57,251 nucleotides of DNA from Coriobacteriales bacterium. GTDB lineage: Bacteria > Actinomycetota > Coriobacteriia > Coriobacteriales > UBA8131. The position numbers were made by a program, and so were the translations under genes. Position 1 is the first letter of the stretch, and every line of letters starts with the position of its first letter. The stretch spans positions 1 to 57,251 of the forward strand of contig JAISEO010000101.1 of assembly GCA_031264075.1 (NCBI GenBank), read 5' to 3'. The notes below the pieces were generated by a model. The model searched no databases. It was not told the DNA's origin and saw only the letters and a program-made list of their open reading frames with translations. Positions 25,801-33,207 of the stretch are shown here, one piece after another.

Positions 25801-28800
25801 GGTGAGGTCATGGATGCCAATCTCTCCGGCCTTGATGGCGTCGTTGATAGCATCAAGCATACCCTCATCTACGAGTATGGTGGAGACATCTTGGGTGAAG
25901 CCTTCTCTGTCACGTGCTATGGCGTGTGCGAGTTCCTTCGCGACATCATCGCTCAGGGCAAGAGCAGGTGTTCTGTCAGAGTAGTACAGTCCATACTCGA
26001 AGTCGTCTGCTGCGATGTAGGTCTCGCCGGCCTCTGGTACCTCAGATCCGAGGGCGTCGTAGAGGCGCACGTTTACGATGACAGACTTGCCACCCTCTAT
26101 CTCTGTGAAGGTCAGCGGGAGGGTCTTCAGCGTGCCTGCCGCTATGGCATCGTTGATGGCTTTAAGCTGGGTCTGGTCTACTGTTATGGCGGAGACCTCC
26201 TGCAGGGAACCGTCGGTATTGTAGGCGATAACATGCGAGAGCTGGCGTGCGAGAGGATCTTGGATGGCGTCTGCCGGGCTGCCGTCGGCCTTTCTGACGC
26301 CGTACTCGAAGTCGTTGGCAAAGATGGACGTAGTGTCATAGCCAGGACCGTCTGGCCCTGCGCCGTGGTCATAGATCGTCACCCAGATGGTGGTGATGTT
26401 GGTAGTGGTCAGGTCAGGATAGTGGGGGTTCACCACCGGCGTGGAGATCGTGAGCTCGTATTTACCGGGCGTTCCGGCAGTGATGAGACCATTGATGGCC
26501 TTAAGATGTGCGGCGGTGGGCAAAAGCATATCCCTGAGGTCAATGACCCCTCCACCGTAATAGGTACCGGTCGCGCGGGCCAGCTGGATGGCGAGAAGGT
26601 CCGCAGTGATGAGCCCCTGGTCGATGCCGCGCGAGAAGTCCAGGGCATCTATCTTATCCTTGCCCGCAGAGTTGATATGGGCGTATTGCAGATAGGGCAC
26701 ACTTTCGTTGCCGGCGATGTCCGTAGTGATAACCCACACGTCGTAGTAGGCATCCACCTGAGGGAGAACAGCCGCGGCGCGGGCCACGTAATCCCCGGCC
26801 ACAGGAGACGTACCCGTAGCTACCACGGCCACCTTGGTGGTTGCGATATCGATGCCGGAGAGGGAGAGGTTCTCATTCTCAGTTGCCGAAGCATTTGCGT
26901 GGTTGTAGTTCGTGGGCTCACCGTTGAAGGCGTCCTTGGAGCGCTCTTCAAAACCAAAGGTGGCGGTATTGAGTTGTACGCGGGCCAGAGGCTTGGTCGT
27001 GTCGATCTTAAGGATGTAGGGAGCATGCGTAGAAAGCTCGGTGGCCGCAGAGGTATTCGTGCTGGTCATCACGCCATAGACCGGGGTGACCTGCTCGTCG
27101 GTGAAGGTCTTGAAGGCCGGTGCGGTCGGCCTGCTTAAAGAGTTTGCGTTGCCACTCGCAAGCCAGACGGGGATAACCGGTGCGTCCTTATACAGCGACA
27201 GGTAGTAGATGCCGGTCGCTTCGCTGTTGTCGGTTACCTGTACGGAAACCTCGGTGTTGGTCCAGGTGTTGGTGGCAAGTACCTTTTCAGAGTTAACCGA
27301 GCTGCCCGTATAACCGGTGATGACAGGCGCGCGCGTAGTCCAGACCGCGTACACCGTCTTGCCTGCGTCAGTCCAGTCAACGATAGCGGCACTGGTGAAG
27401 TCGGCTGTGTTGCTGGTGCCCGTGCCTGTGGTGAAACTGCCCTCGGTCTCAGACCAACCCGAGAAGGTATAGCCCGCAAGCGTCGGTGCCCCAGAGCCGA
27501 TATCCGGGAGCGTGCCTACGGCTGAGTCGAAGACGACGGACTTCTCGGAGGTTCCCAGTGCGGCTCCGACAGCGTTTGCGTTGAAGTACAGCTTGTAGCT
27601 GTTAGCTGACCACTGAGCATAGAGCTTCAGGTCAGATGTGAGGTCCCAGGGCTCGAACTTTTTGCCGTTGGCATAGGAAGTGCCCTTGCCATCTGCAGCC
27701 GTGTTCCAGCCGATGAAGCTGTAGCCGGTGAGTGAGAAGGTGTTTGTCGTGAGTGTCAGGTTCTGGTTGTAGGTGGCTGTCTGGCTTGTCATGGTACCGG
27801 AGACAGCGCCAGTGGCACCACTGGGTTTGTTTCCTTCGTAGCTTACCGTGTAGGTATTGGCCTTCCAGCGGGCGAAGAGCTCCACATTCCCAGCCACTGT
27901 CAGCTTATAGTCCGCTTCGTTCGCATAGGCCAGGTCGCCGTTTTTCGTGGTCGACCAGCCGTCAAAGGTATAGCCTGTTTTGCTGAAGCCGTTTGAGGTG
28001 AGTTTTTTGGTCTCGTCGAAATTGATGGGAAGGTCCGCTGTTGAACCTCCGGTATTATCGTTGCCGTTGAAGGTTACCTTGTAGCTGTTAGCTGACCACA
28101 CCGCGTAGAGCGTCACATCTGTATCTACGGCAAGTGTGTAGCTCGCCTTGTCGTCGTATGCCTTGCCGCCGGCTGCTGAGGTTGCCCAGCCAGCGAAGGT
28201 GTAGCCTGTCTTGGAAAAGCCGTTAGCGGTGAGGTTTTTGGTCTGACCAACGTCGATGGGAAGGTCAAGCATTGAGCCTGTGCCGCCGTTGGAGCTGAAG
28301 ATTATTTTGTGCGCATTGGCCGTCCACACCGCATAGACGGTCTTGGAGCCTTCCCAATCTACGGTTGTAGTGTTGTCGAAGTTGACTGAGTTGCTGGCAC
28401 CTGAGTCCGTGGACCAGCCCGCGAAGGTATAGCCGGTGCGGGTGGGTGCTCCTGAGCCGGTGGCAGGCAGTAGCTTTGACTGTGTGGTAAAGCTCTGGCC
28501 AAAGCTAAGACCAGTCATCTTCGTGATGTCGCCTGCCACACCACCGTTGGCGTTAAAGATAAGCTCGCTGTCTGTGCGGGCCTTCCATTCGGCATAGAGC
28601 GTTGTGCCTCCTGCTGTTTGCAGCTTGTAGCTCTGACTGTCTGCATAGTGGGTGCCGGTGCCGTTCGGATACGTGCACCAGCTGACAAAGGTATAGCCTG
28701 TGCGGGTAAATCCGTTCGGGGTGAGCGTCTTGGTTTCATCGAAATACATCTCAAGGTCTGCCGTTGAACCTCCGGTATTGCCGTTGCCGTTGAAGATCAC

Positions 28801-31800
28801 CTTGTAGAAGTTTGCCTTCCACTGGGCATACAGCTTAAGGCCCGTTGTGGACTGCCAGGGTGTAAACGCCTGTTCATCCACGTAGTCAGTGCCGGTTCCG
28901 TTCGCAGCCGTGTTCCAGCCGGTGAAGGTGTAACCGTTGAGTACGAATTCGTTCTTTGTAAGCGTCAGGTTCTGGCCGTAGGTGGCTGTCTGGGAATCCA
29001 TGCTGAACGGGCTGACGGTTCCAGTCGCACCGCTGGGCTTGTTCCTATCATAAGATATAGTAGCGGTAGCAGGCGTCCAATGGGCATAGAGCTTGAGGGT
29101 GTTATAGGAAACCACTCCGTTTTCCACAGTCAGGTCTGTGCCCGTGCCCGCTGCACCGAACTTCCAGCCGCCCGCAGGCGTGTCATCGGTAACATGGGTA
29201 TACCAACCGGTGAAGGTGAAGCCCAAGCGCGTGGGAGTGGGCGTGGGAGCCGTGGTTATCGTAGCACCGTATTCACCGCGCGTGGTAAGCGTGGCCGTTG
29301 TTTCCCCGCTGTTTTGGGTGGTATAGAGTGTCGAGCTGTCGTAGTAATACGAGATGCCGACTTCCGCGTAGTTTATGTCGAGGTTGTTGAAGACGGATTT
29401 CTTGTTAAATTCAGCATTGTCGGTAAGCCCGTTAAGTGAGTTTATGTTCGCGGGACTGAGCGTGGCAACGCCTCCCACGAAGGCCACCGGAGGGTTTGCT
29501 TTGTGATCGGGTGACAACAGATAGACCTGAATGGCCTTGTTCGTATTAAAGCTTACCGAACTGCCCTCAGGTATTGACAGGTAGCTGTAGTCTGTCGTGT
29601 ATACGCCGCCGCCGTTGAGAGATGCCGTGTTGTTCGAGATGGTTCCATTGCCCATGGCGAGGGAGCCCCTGAGGGAACCGGTGTGGTTTACGTACACGCC
29701 GCCGCCGTTAAGGCCTGCCGTGTTGCCTGAGATGGTTCCAGCCTCCATGCTGAAGGAGCCGGCAGCATACACGCCGCCGCCATTGATCTTGACGCCATCA
29801 GCTCCCTTATTGCCGCTTATCGTACCGCCCTTCATGGTTAAGGAGCCGAAGCCGTAAGGAGACGTAGTAGCACCGTTATTGTGTATGTACACCCCGCCGC
29901 CGCCGACAGAAGTTGCCGTATTGCCCGAGATCGTCCCGTTCTTCATGACAAAGGGACCACTGGTGTACACGCCACCGCCGTAACCGTATGTGGTACCCGT
30001 TGCCGTATTGCCCGAGATCGTCCCGTCCTCCATGGTGAAGGAGCCGTATACCGTGGAACTCCCGGCGTTGCAATACACACCGCCGCCGCCGCCCTGGCCG
30101 CCTCCCCAGGGGGATTTGTACTCGTCTGCCGTATTGCCCGAGATCGTCCCACCACTCATGGTAAAGGCCATACGATAGCCTACGTATACACCGCCGCCGG
30201 GGCTAACTGACCTGTTGTTTTTAATCGTACCACTGGTCATGGTGAAGGAGCCACCTCTGTCTAGACTGCTGTCGCTCAGGTGCACGCCGCCGCCGCCGTA
30301 GTTGCTGTTGGAGGTCAACGTCTCATTGCCGGATATCTCTCCGCCGTCCATGGTGAACTGGCGATCATAATCGATGTATACGCCGCCGCCGGCCCTCTCC
30401 GCCGTGTTGTTTGAAATCGTCATACCGTTTTTCATGAAACTGGGCATGCGGACCATATAATCATTTGACAAAGCGTAGTTATTGACTAGCATGCCGCCGC
30501 CGTTTTGAGCCGTGTTATCTGAGATTGTCCCCTTGTACAATTCAAAGCCGGTATAGCCAAGAATACCGCCGCCCTTAGTGGTTGACGTATTATGAGAGAT
30601 CGTCCCGCCGTTCATGACAATACCGCCGGCCACACCGCCGCCGCCCAGAAAGATTCCGGTTCCATCTGCGTTATTTTCTGAACGGTTATACGATATCTCC
30701 CCGCCGTTCATGACAAACGATATCACCGCATCAGTCCCAGTGCTACCAATATCGGCAACGCCTAACACGCCGCCGCCGCAAAGCGCCTTATTGTATGCTA
30801 TCTTGCCGGCATTCAGGGTAAAGACGGATTCGGAGCCTACGTACACACCGCCGCCGCCCAAAGTTTTCTCGTTGCCCTGTGCCTCGTTGTACGATATCTC
30901 CCCGCCGTCCATGGTGAAGGAGGACTTTCCGACTGAAGAGCCATGCATGTATCCCACAGAAACACCGCCACCGTTTCCTATGGCTCCATTATTTGAGTTG
31001 ATTCCTGTGGCTAGATTAGATGAGATGGCACCGTTCTTCATGACAAAGGTGCTGCCATATTCCACAGACACGCCACCACCATACGTTGCACGGTTGCCCG
31101 AGATCGTCCCACCCTCCATGGTGAAGGAACTTCCACTTGTGGAGGAACCTCCTCTTACGTACACGCCGCCGCCATATCCATAGTTTGGCGTCGAATTGTT
31201 CAAAATGCTTCCGGCCTTCATGGTGAAGGAGCTTCCTTCGTACAAATACACACCACCACCTGAGGTGTTACACGTGTTTCCTGAGATCTCCCCACCATTC
31301 ATGATGAGAGAACCGCCTCTAACGTATACGCCACCGCCTGTTCCCGTGTTTCCTGAGATCTCCCCACCATTCATGATGAGAGAACCGCCTTCAACGTATA
31401 CGCCACCGCCTTGGTTCACGGAGTAAGACGACTCGGTTTCCGATCTGTTATTCGTGATCTTCGCTCCTGCAGCCATCGTCAGCGTACTGGCAGCACCTAC
31501 ACTTACGCCGCCGCCGAAGACGGACTCGGTGTCTGAGGACACACTGTTACCTGAGATGACCGCGCCACTCTTCATGGTGAGATTACTGTATTTGAGCACG
31601 TATATGGCACCGCCGTAACCGTGGCGAGCCACGTTACCTGAGATGACCGCGCCGCTCTCCACGATGATTTCCGCGCCCCCTTCCGAATATATGCCACCGC
31701 CAGAACCACCCGTATTATTTGAGATGCTTGCACCGCTCTTTACGGTAAGGGTACAGGATGCCGAGTAGATGCTTATGCCGGCACCACGAAAAGCATCGTT

Positions 31801-32547
31801 TTCTGAGATGCTTGCACCGGCATTCACAGTGACGGTAGAGTTTGTCCCTTTTGTATAAACGCAAATGCCACCGCCGCCGTAATTGCCCCCAACATTATTA
31901 CCCTTGATGACTGTGCCGCTGTTCAAGATGAGTTCGCAGGATGCCGCGTCTACGAATATGCCAGCGCCATAGTTGCCGTGGTATCCTTCCCTGATAACAA
32001 CATCCGCAAGCGTGAGTTTTGCGCCAGCGTCATACATGCCAATTACTCGCCTGTTAATGTTATCGGTTCCTTCACCGCCTATCAACGCATATTGCTTGCC
32101 TGCAACACTGCGTATAGTAACGTCCATGCTTGCGGGAATCTTCAGTTCTGGTTTTATCACGAAGTCCTCATGCAGCTCCATCACCCAGGGTTCGCCCGCA
32201 GAGAGACCGCGGTCAACACTTCTCACATTGCCGGTATCTGCCAGGGCGTTAGCCGGCGACGCGTAGTCGTAAGGCCCGCCCTCACCCGTACCCACCGTAA
32301 AGACATTGCCACTTCCCAGTGACATCGGCGCGACGCCCAGGCTCATGACCTCGGCTGTGGGCGAGAACGAGAGATCCTGGGCTTCTAGCCTGGTGACATC
32401 ATCCAGCTCAGCGTCGTCTGGCAACGCGTCGTCCGGTTCAGATTCTGTGAGCCCCCCCCCCCCCGGTGTTGGGGTCTGCAACGTCATCAGGGATGGGAAT
32501 AGGATCGGGTTGGTCCGCGGTCTGTTCCTCCACCACAGGGACGGCAT
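22879..32547 (-). CDS. giant mosaic cell-surface protein (body, 3,222 codons as listed; lacks its own signal peptide)
   Basis: Approximate domain map. 32300-29450: Pmp-like GGGVYV/(G)TISGNT parallel beta-helix repeats. 29340-27330: 8 Listeria-Bacteroides (Flg_new) repeats (GYTFxGW ... LYAxW). 27330-26660: Ig-like region. 26660-23970: 10 tandem ~100-aa repeats (YIAADDFEYG...FPLTFTEP.G.KSVTVNVRIFDV). 23970-23480: 2 more Flg_new repeats. 23420-22940: 3 hydrophobic TM-like segments with RRRKDEEDE between them. The stop is TAG at 22879. Confidence 0.9.
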   Translation of the reverse strand: MPSLWWRNRPRTNPILFPSLMTLQTPTPGGGGLTESEPDDALPDDAELDDVTRLEAQDLSFSPTAEVMSLGVAPMSLGSGNVFTVGTGEGGPYDYASPANALADTGNVRSVDRGLSAGEPWVMELHEDFVIKPELKIPASMDVTIRSVAGKQYALIGGEGTDNINRRVIGMYDAGAKLTLADVVIREGYHGNYGAGIFVDAASCELILNSGTVIKGNNVGGNYGGGGICVYTKGTNSTVTVNAGASISENDAFRGAGISIYSASCTLTVKSGASISNNTGGSGGGIYSEGGAEIIVESGAVISGNVARHGYGGAIYVLKYSNLTMKSGAVISGNSVSSDTESVFGGGVSVGAASTLTMAAGAKITNNRSETESSYSVNQGGGVYVEGGSLIMNGGEISGNTGTGGGVYVRGGSLIMNGGEISGNTCNTSGGGVYLYEGSSFTMKAGSILNNSTPNYGYGGGVYVRGGSSTSGSSFTMEGGTISGNRATYGGGVSVEYGSTFVMKNGAISSNLATGINSNNGAIGNGGGVSVGYMHGSSVGKSSFTMDGGEISYNEAQGNEKTLGGGGVYVGSESVFTLNAGKIAYNKALCGGGVLGVADIGSTGTDAVISFVMNGGEISYNRSENNADGTGIFLGGGGVAGGIVMNGGTISHNTSTTKGGGILGYTGFELYKGTISDNTAQNGGGMLVNNYALSNDYMVRMPSFMKNGMTISNNTAERAGGGVYIDYDRQFTMDGGEISGNETLTSNSNYGGGGVHLSDSSLDRGGSFTMTSGTIKNNRSVSPGGGVYVGYRMAFTMSGGTISGNTADEYKSPWGGGQGGGGGVYCNAGSSTVYGSFTMEDGTISGNTATGTTYGYGGGVYTSGPFVMKNGTISGNTATSVGGGGVYIHNNGATTSPYGFGSLTMKGGTISGNKGADGVKINGGGVYAAGSFSMEAGTISGNTAGLNGGGVYVNHTGSLRGSLAMGNGTISNNTASLNGGGVYTTDYSYLSIPEGSSVSFNTNKAIQVYLLSPDHKANPPVAFVGGVATLSPANINSLNGLTDNAEFNKKSVFNNLDINYAEVGISYYYDSSTLYTTQNSGETTATLTTRGEYGATITTAPTPTPTRLGFTFTGWYTHVTDDTPAGGWKFGAAGTGTDLTVENGVVSYNTLKLYAHWTPATATISYDRNKPSGATGTVSPFSMDSQTATYGQNLTLTKNEFVLNGYTFTGWNTAANGTGTDYVDEQAFTPWQSTTGLKLYAQWKANFYKVIFNGNGNTGGSTADLEMYFDETKTLTPNGFTRTGYTFVSWCTYPNGTGTHYADSQSYKLQTAGGTTLYAEWKARTDSELIFNANGGVAGDITKMTGLSFGQSFTTQSKLLPATGSGAPTRTGYTFAGWSTDSGASNSVNFDNTTTVDWEGSKTVYAVWTANAHKIIFSSNGGTGSMLDLPIDVGQTKNLTANGFSKTGYTFAGWATSAAGGKAYDDKASYTLAVDTDVTLYAVWSANSYKVTFNGNDNTGGSTADLPINFDETKKLTSNGFSKTGYTFDGWSTTKNGDLAYANEADYKLTVAGNVELFARWKANTYTVSYEGNKPSGATGAVSGTMTSQTATYNQNLTLTTNTFSLTGYSFIGWNTAADGKGTSYANGKKFEPWDLTSDLKLYAQWSANSYKLYFNANAVGAALGTSEKSVVFDSAVGTLPDIGSGAPTLAGYTFSGWSETEGSFTTGTGTSNTADFTSAAIVDWTDAGKTVYAVWTTRAPVITGYTGSSVNSEKVLATNTWTNTEVSVQVTDNSEATGIYYLSLYKDAPVIPVWLASGNANSLSRPTAPAFKTFTDEQVTPVYGVMTSTNTSAATELSTHAPYILKIDTTKPLARVQLNTATFGFEERSKDAFNGEPTNYNHANASATENENLSLSGIDIATTKVAVVATGTSPVAGDYVARAAAVLPQVDAYYDVWVITTDIAGNESVPYLQYAHINSAGKDKIDALDFSRGIDQGLITADLLAIQLARATGTYYGGGVIDLRDMLLPTAAHLKAINGLITAGTPGKYELTISTPVVNPHYPDLTTTNITTIWVTIYDHGAGPDGPGYDTTSIFANDFEYGVRKADGSPADAIQDPLARQLSHVIAYNTDGSLQEVSAITVDQTQLKAINDAIAAGTLKTLPLTFTEIEGGKSVIVNVRLYDALGSEVPEAGETYIAADDFEYGLYYSDRTPALALSDDVAKELAHAIARDREGFTQDVSTILVDEGMLDAINDAIKAGEIGIHDLTFTEPVGMKTVTVKVRLFDVVPTVPEMPNTEGETYIAADDFEYGLHYSDGSPAEDFTEVLARELSHVIARTVEGFPQVTSTILVGVDDEFADICAAIDSGTIGNFPLTFTEPLGYKSVTVNVRIFDVIPEVPESPAPEGETYIAADDFEYGLHYSDGTPAEELSPDIAKELSRVVARDIEGFFQDEADITVGVGDELKIINDAIKAGEIGNFPLTFTEPEGGKSVTVNVRIFDVIPPTPGADETYIAADDFEYGIDQPDISKTLAKYLSRVVARDTEGFFQDVSTIVVDAVELAFINAQKNAGIPGSFPLTFTEVLGGKSVTIQVRLYEHGAPAVPDPGRPTISASDFSYGCSQADLNVVRSRILSHVSARDKDGLRIPFTKITVDQGQLEAIVAAQHARMRGFYPLTFSTPEGVSTTITVTLRDYSKPDAPDGRNHIAADDFSVGLDELNITPEQAIDLAATDLRDKDGFPLDLALVIVDEDQLDAINAATVAGETFPSTYAGPGDVAVTVEVTITDNGGGTGRGGSGHIVANDFSYEITQPTLDDLIARTRSAVTATDVNDHWILQEDIAYNAEELDALIAAQNDHQMVTLPLTFYNGYGASTTIKVSLVDSNLYYVSYFSVGHTSGTAPDQTGHSYGQTATIQNQGSLLREGHSLAGWSFNPDSAEVAYQPGAGHTVTGHISLYAVWVINSHDLIYDAGLSDSENDAVTGLPANETGINFGTSVIVGAAPKRQGYSFEGYQSSLGDTLKPEESFSMPDNDVTLTAVWKKDTLIPVGASLTESLKTTPTPEADPSITDAARAEGIPVLDIFGFQIPLVAPSGFAAWSLFDLFATIVCALALIVAAVRSLLRRRKDEEDEQAAATTTRNAVQAASAQAGSEKNDGEGVSRLRPYMLLGALLAVVFAVILFILTQDLSNPPVIFDLYSIVFALVMLFSIVAACTVVHREDDKADEEKDVLQNNQGRAPVLTGGA
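23970..26660 (-). repeat. tandem in-frame coding repeats, about 285-321 bp each, 10 copies
   Basis: The junction motif ccatactcgaagtcgtc(t/c/a)gc(t/g)gcgatgtaggtctc recurs at 25043, 25352, 25673 and 25991 (spacings 309, 321, 318). Diverged copies lie near 24190, 24470, 24750, 26300 and 26640. Confidence 0.85.
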
Positions 32548-32725
32548 CGTCCGCCCACGCGGTAACCGGCGTAATCATGGAAGTTGCCATAATAAAAGCC
32601 AGCATCGTCAGTAGTATCTTCTTGGCTACCGTTGATGTCTGGCCTCGTCCTGTACCACTGCCTCGCGTTGTCCCGTTCATTGCCACTTCACCTGCCCTTT
32701 CACCGTTTCCTGCTTCTCTCGTCAT
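32438..32725 (-). CDS. 5' fragment of the giant surface-protein gene (signal peptide plus acidic linker), out of frame with the body
   Basis: The MNGTTRGSGTGRGQTSTVAKKILLTMLAFIMATSMITPVTAWA|DDAVPVVEEQTADQPDPIPIPDDVADPNTGGGG segment has a Sec-type signal peptide. The frame ends 4 codons after the poly-G tract. ATG 32725 or ATG 32680 (AGGTGAAG upstream). Confidence 0.75.
   Translation of the reverse strand: MTREAGNGERAGEVAMNGTTRGSGTGRGQTSTVAKKILLTMLAFIMATSMITPVTAWADDAVPVVEEQTADQPDPIPIPDDVADPNTGGGGAHRI
32452..32464 (-). repeat. homopolymer tract: 13 G on the coding strand (13 C on plus)
   Basis: Counted directly: g at 32451, then c at 32452-32464, then ggtg. The tract lies at the junction of the two reading frames. 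Confidence 0.95.
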
Positions 32726-32922
32726 TGCCCGTGCTTACCCAGTGCTGAGGTCCCGCTTCTCTTGCCCTGCTGCATCGGTTGAGAGCTACCCTGTTGCCAA
32801 AGTACCGCCTCCTGCGCCGCTCCTGAGGCTCGATCAACACACAAGAACCTCGTTGTCAACGCAAATCCGATAAAACTTCTTCCTTGAAATTACGGTACGG
32901 TGGGGGCGTCGTCAAGTATATT

Positions 32923-33058
32923 GCTTGAATCTCCACAAAATAAACACAATTGGAGTTTGAGGCCGGGCGCCTTTGAGGTCGATTGAGCTTGAATCTCCAC
33001 AAAATCTCCACAAAATGAACACAATTGGGGTTTGAAGGCGGGCTTGCGGCCTTGAGGT
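32923..33058. repeat. two direct ~57-72-bp repeats with an internal 11-bp duplication (iteron-like)
   Basis: gcttgaatctccacaaaataaacacaattggagtttgaggccgggcgcctttgaggt (32923-32979) against gcttgaatctccacaaaatctccacaaaatgaacacaattggggtttgaaggcgggcttgcggccttgaggt (32987-33058). A third gagtttgagg follows at about 33069. Confidence 0.8.
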
Positions 33059-33134
33059 AAATTAAGGGAGTTTGAGGATGATGTGCTGTCTGGGCAGCTG
33101 AAGATTCCTGGAAATAAGGGGAACTGAGCCCCCG

Positions 33135-33159
33135 CTCGCTCGCAATGACAGTGGGGGGG
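33135..33159. repeat. solo copy of the MITE-like element terminus
   Basis: ctcgctcgcaatgacagtggggggg matches 19604-19628 (ctcgctcgcaatgacagaggggggg) at 24/25 positions, in the same orientation. Confidence 0.7.
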
Positions 33160-33207
33160 CATAGGAGCTGTTACCCCGTACCCCAGTACCGTTACAATTT
33201 TTCTAAT

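Noticed and set aside
28456-28470. LPATG string inside the giant protein as a sortase signal
   Set aside because: It lies mid-protein inside a Flg_new repeat (LLPATGSGAPTRTGYTF). It is not followed by a hydrophobic segment and a basic tail at the C-terminus.
32923-33058. DnaA boxes / replication origin (tctccacaa resembles TTATCCACA)
   Set aside because: The matches are only about 7/9. There is no dnaA/dnaN context or AT-rich unwinding element, and the motif sits inside a duplicated unit. I treat it as an iteron-like repeat of unknown function instead.
32890-33162. 90-aa minus-strand ORF downstream of the mntA-like gene as a candidate HepT toxin
   Set aside because: Its sequence is the translation of the direct repeats and the MITE end (repeated ...CSFCGDFVEIQ / ...CLFCGDSS...). 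It has no RxxxxH HEPN motif.
32886-33200. Invertible promoter (inverton) flanked by inverted repeats
   Set aside because: The flanking complementarity is short (aaatt + acggtac + gggg) and needs indels. No recombinase is nearby. It is mentioned in a finding only as a low-probability option.
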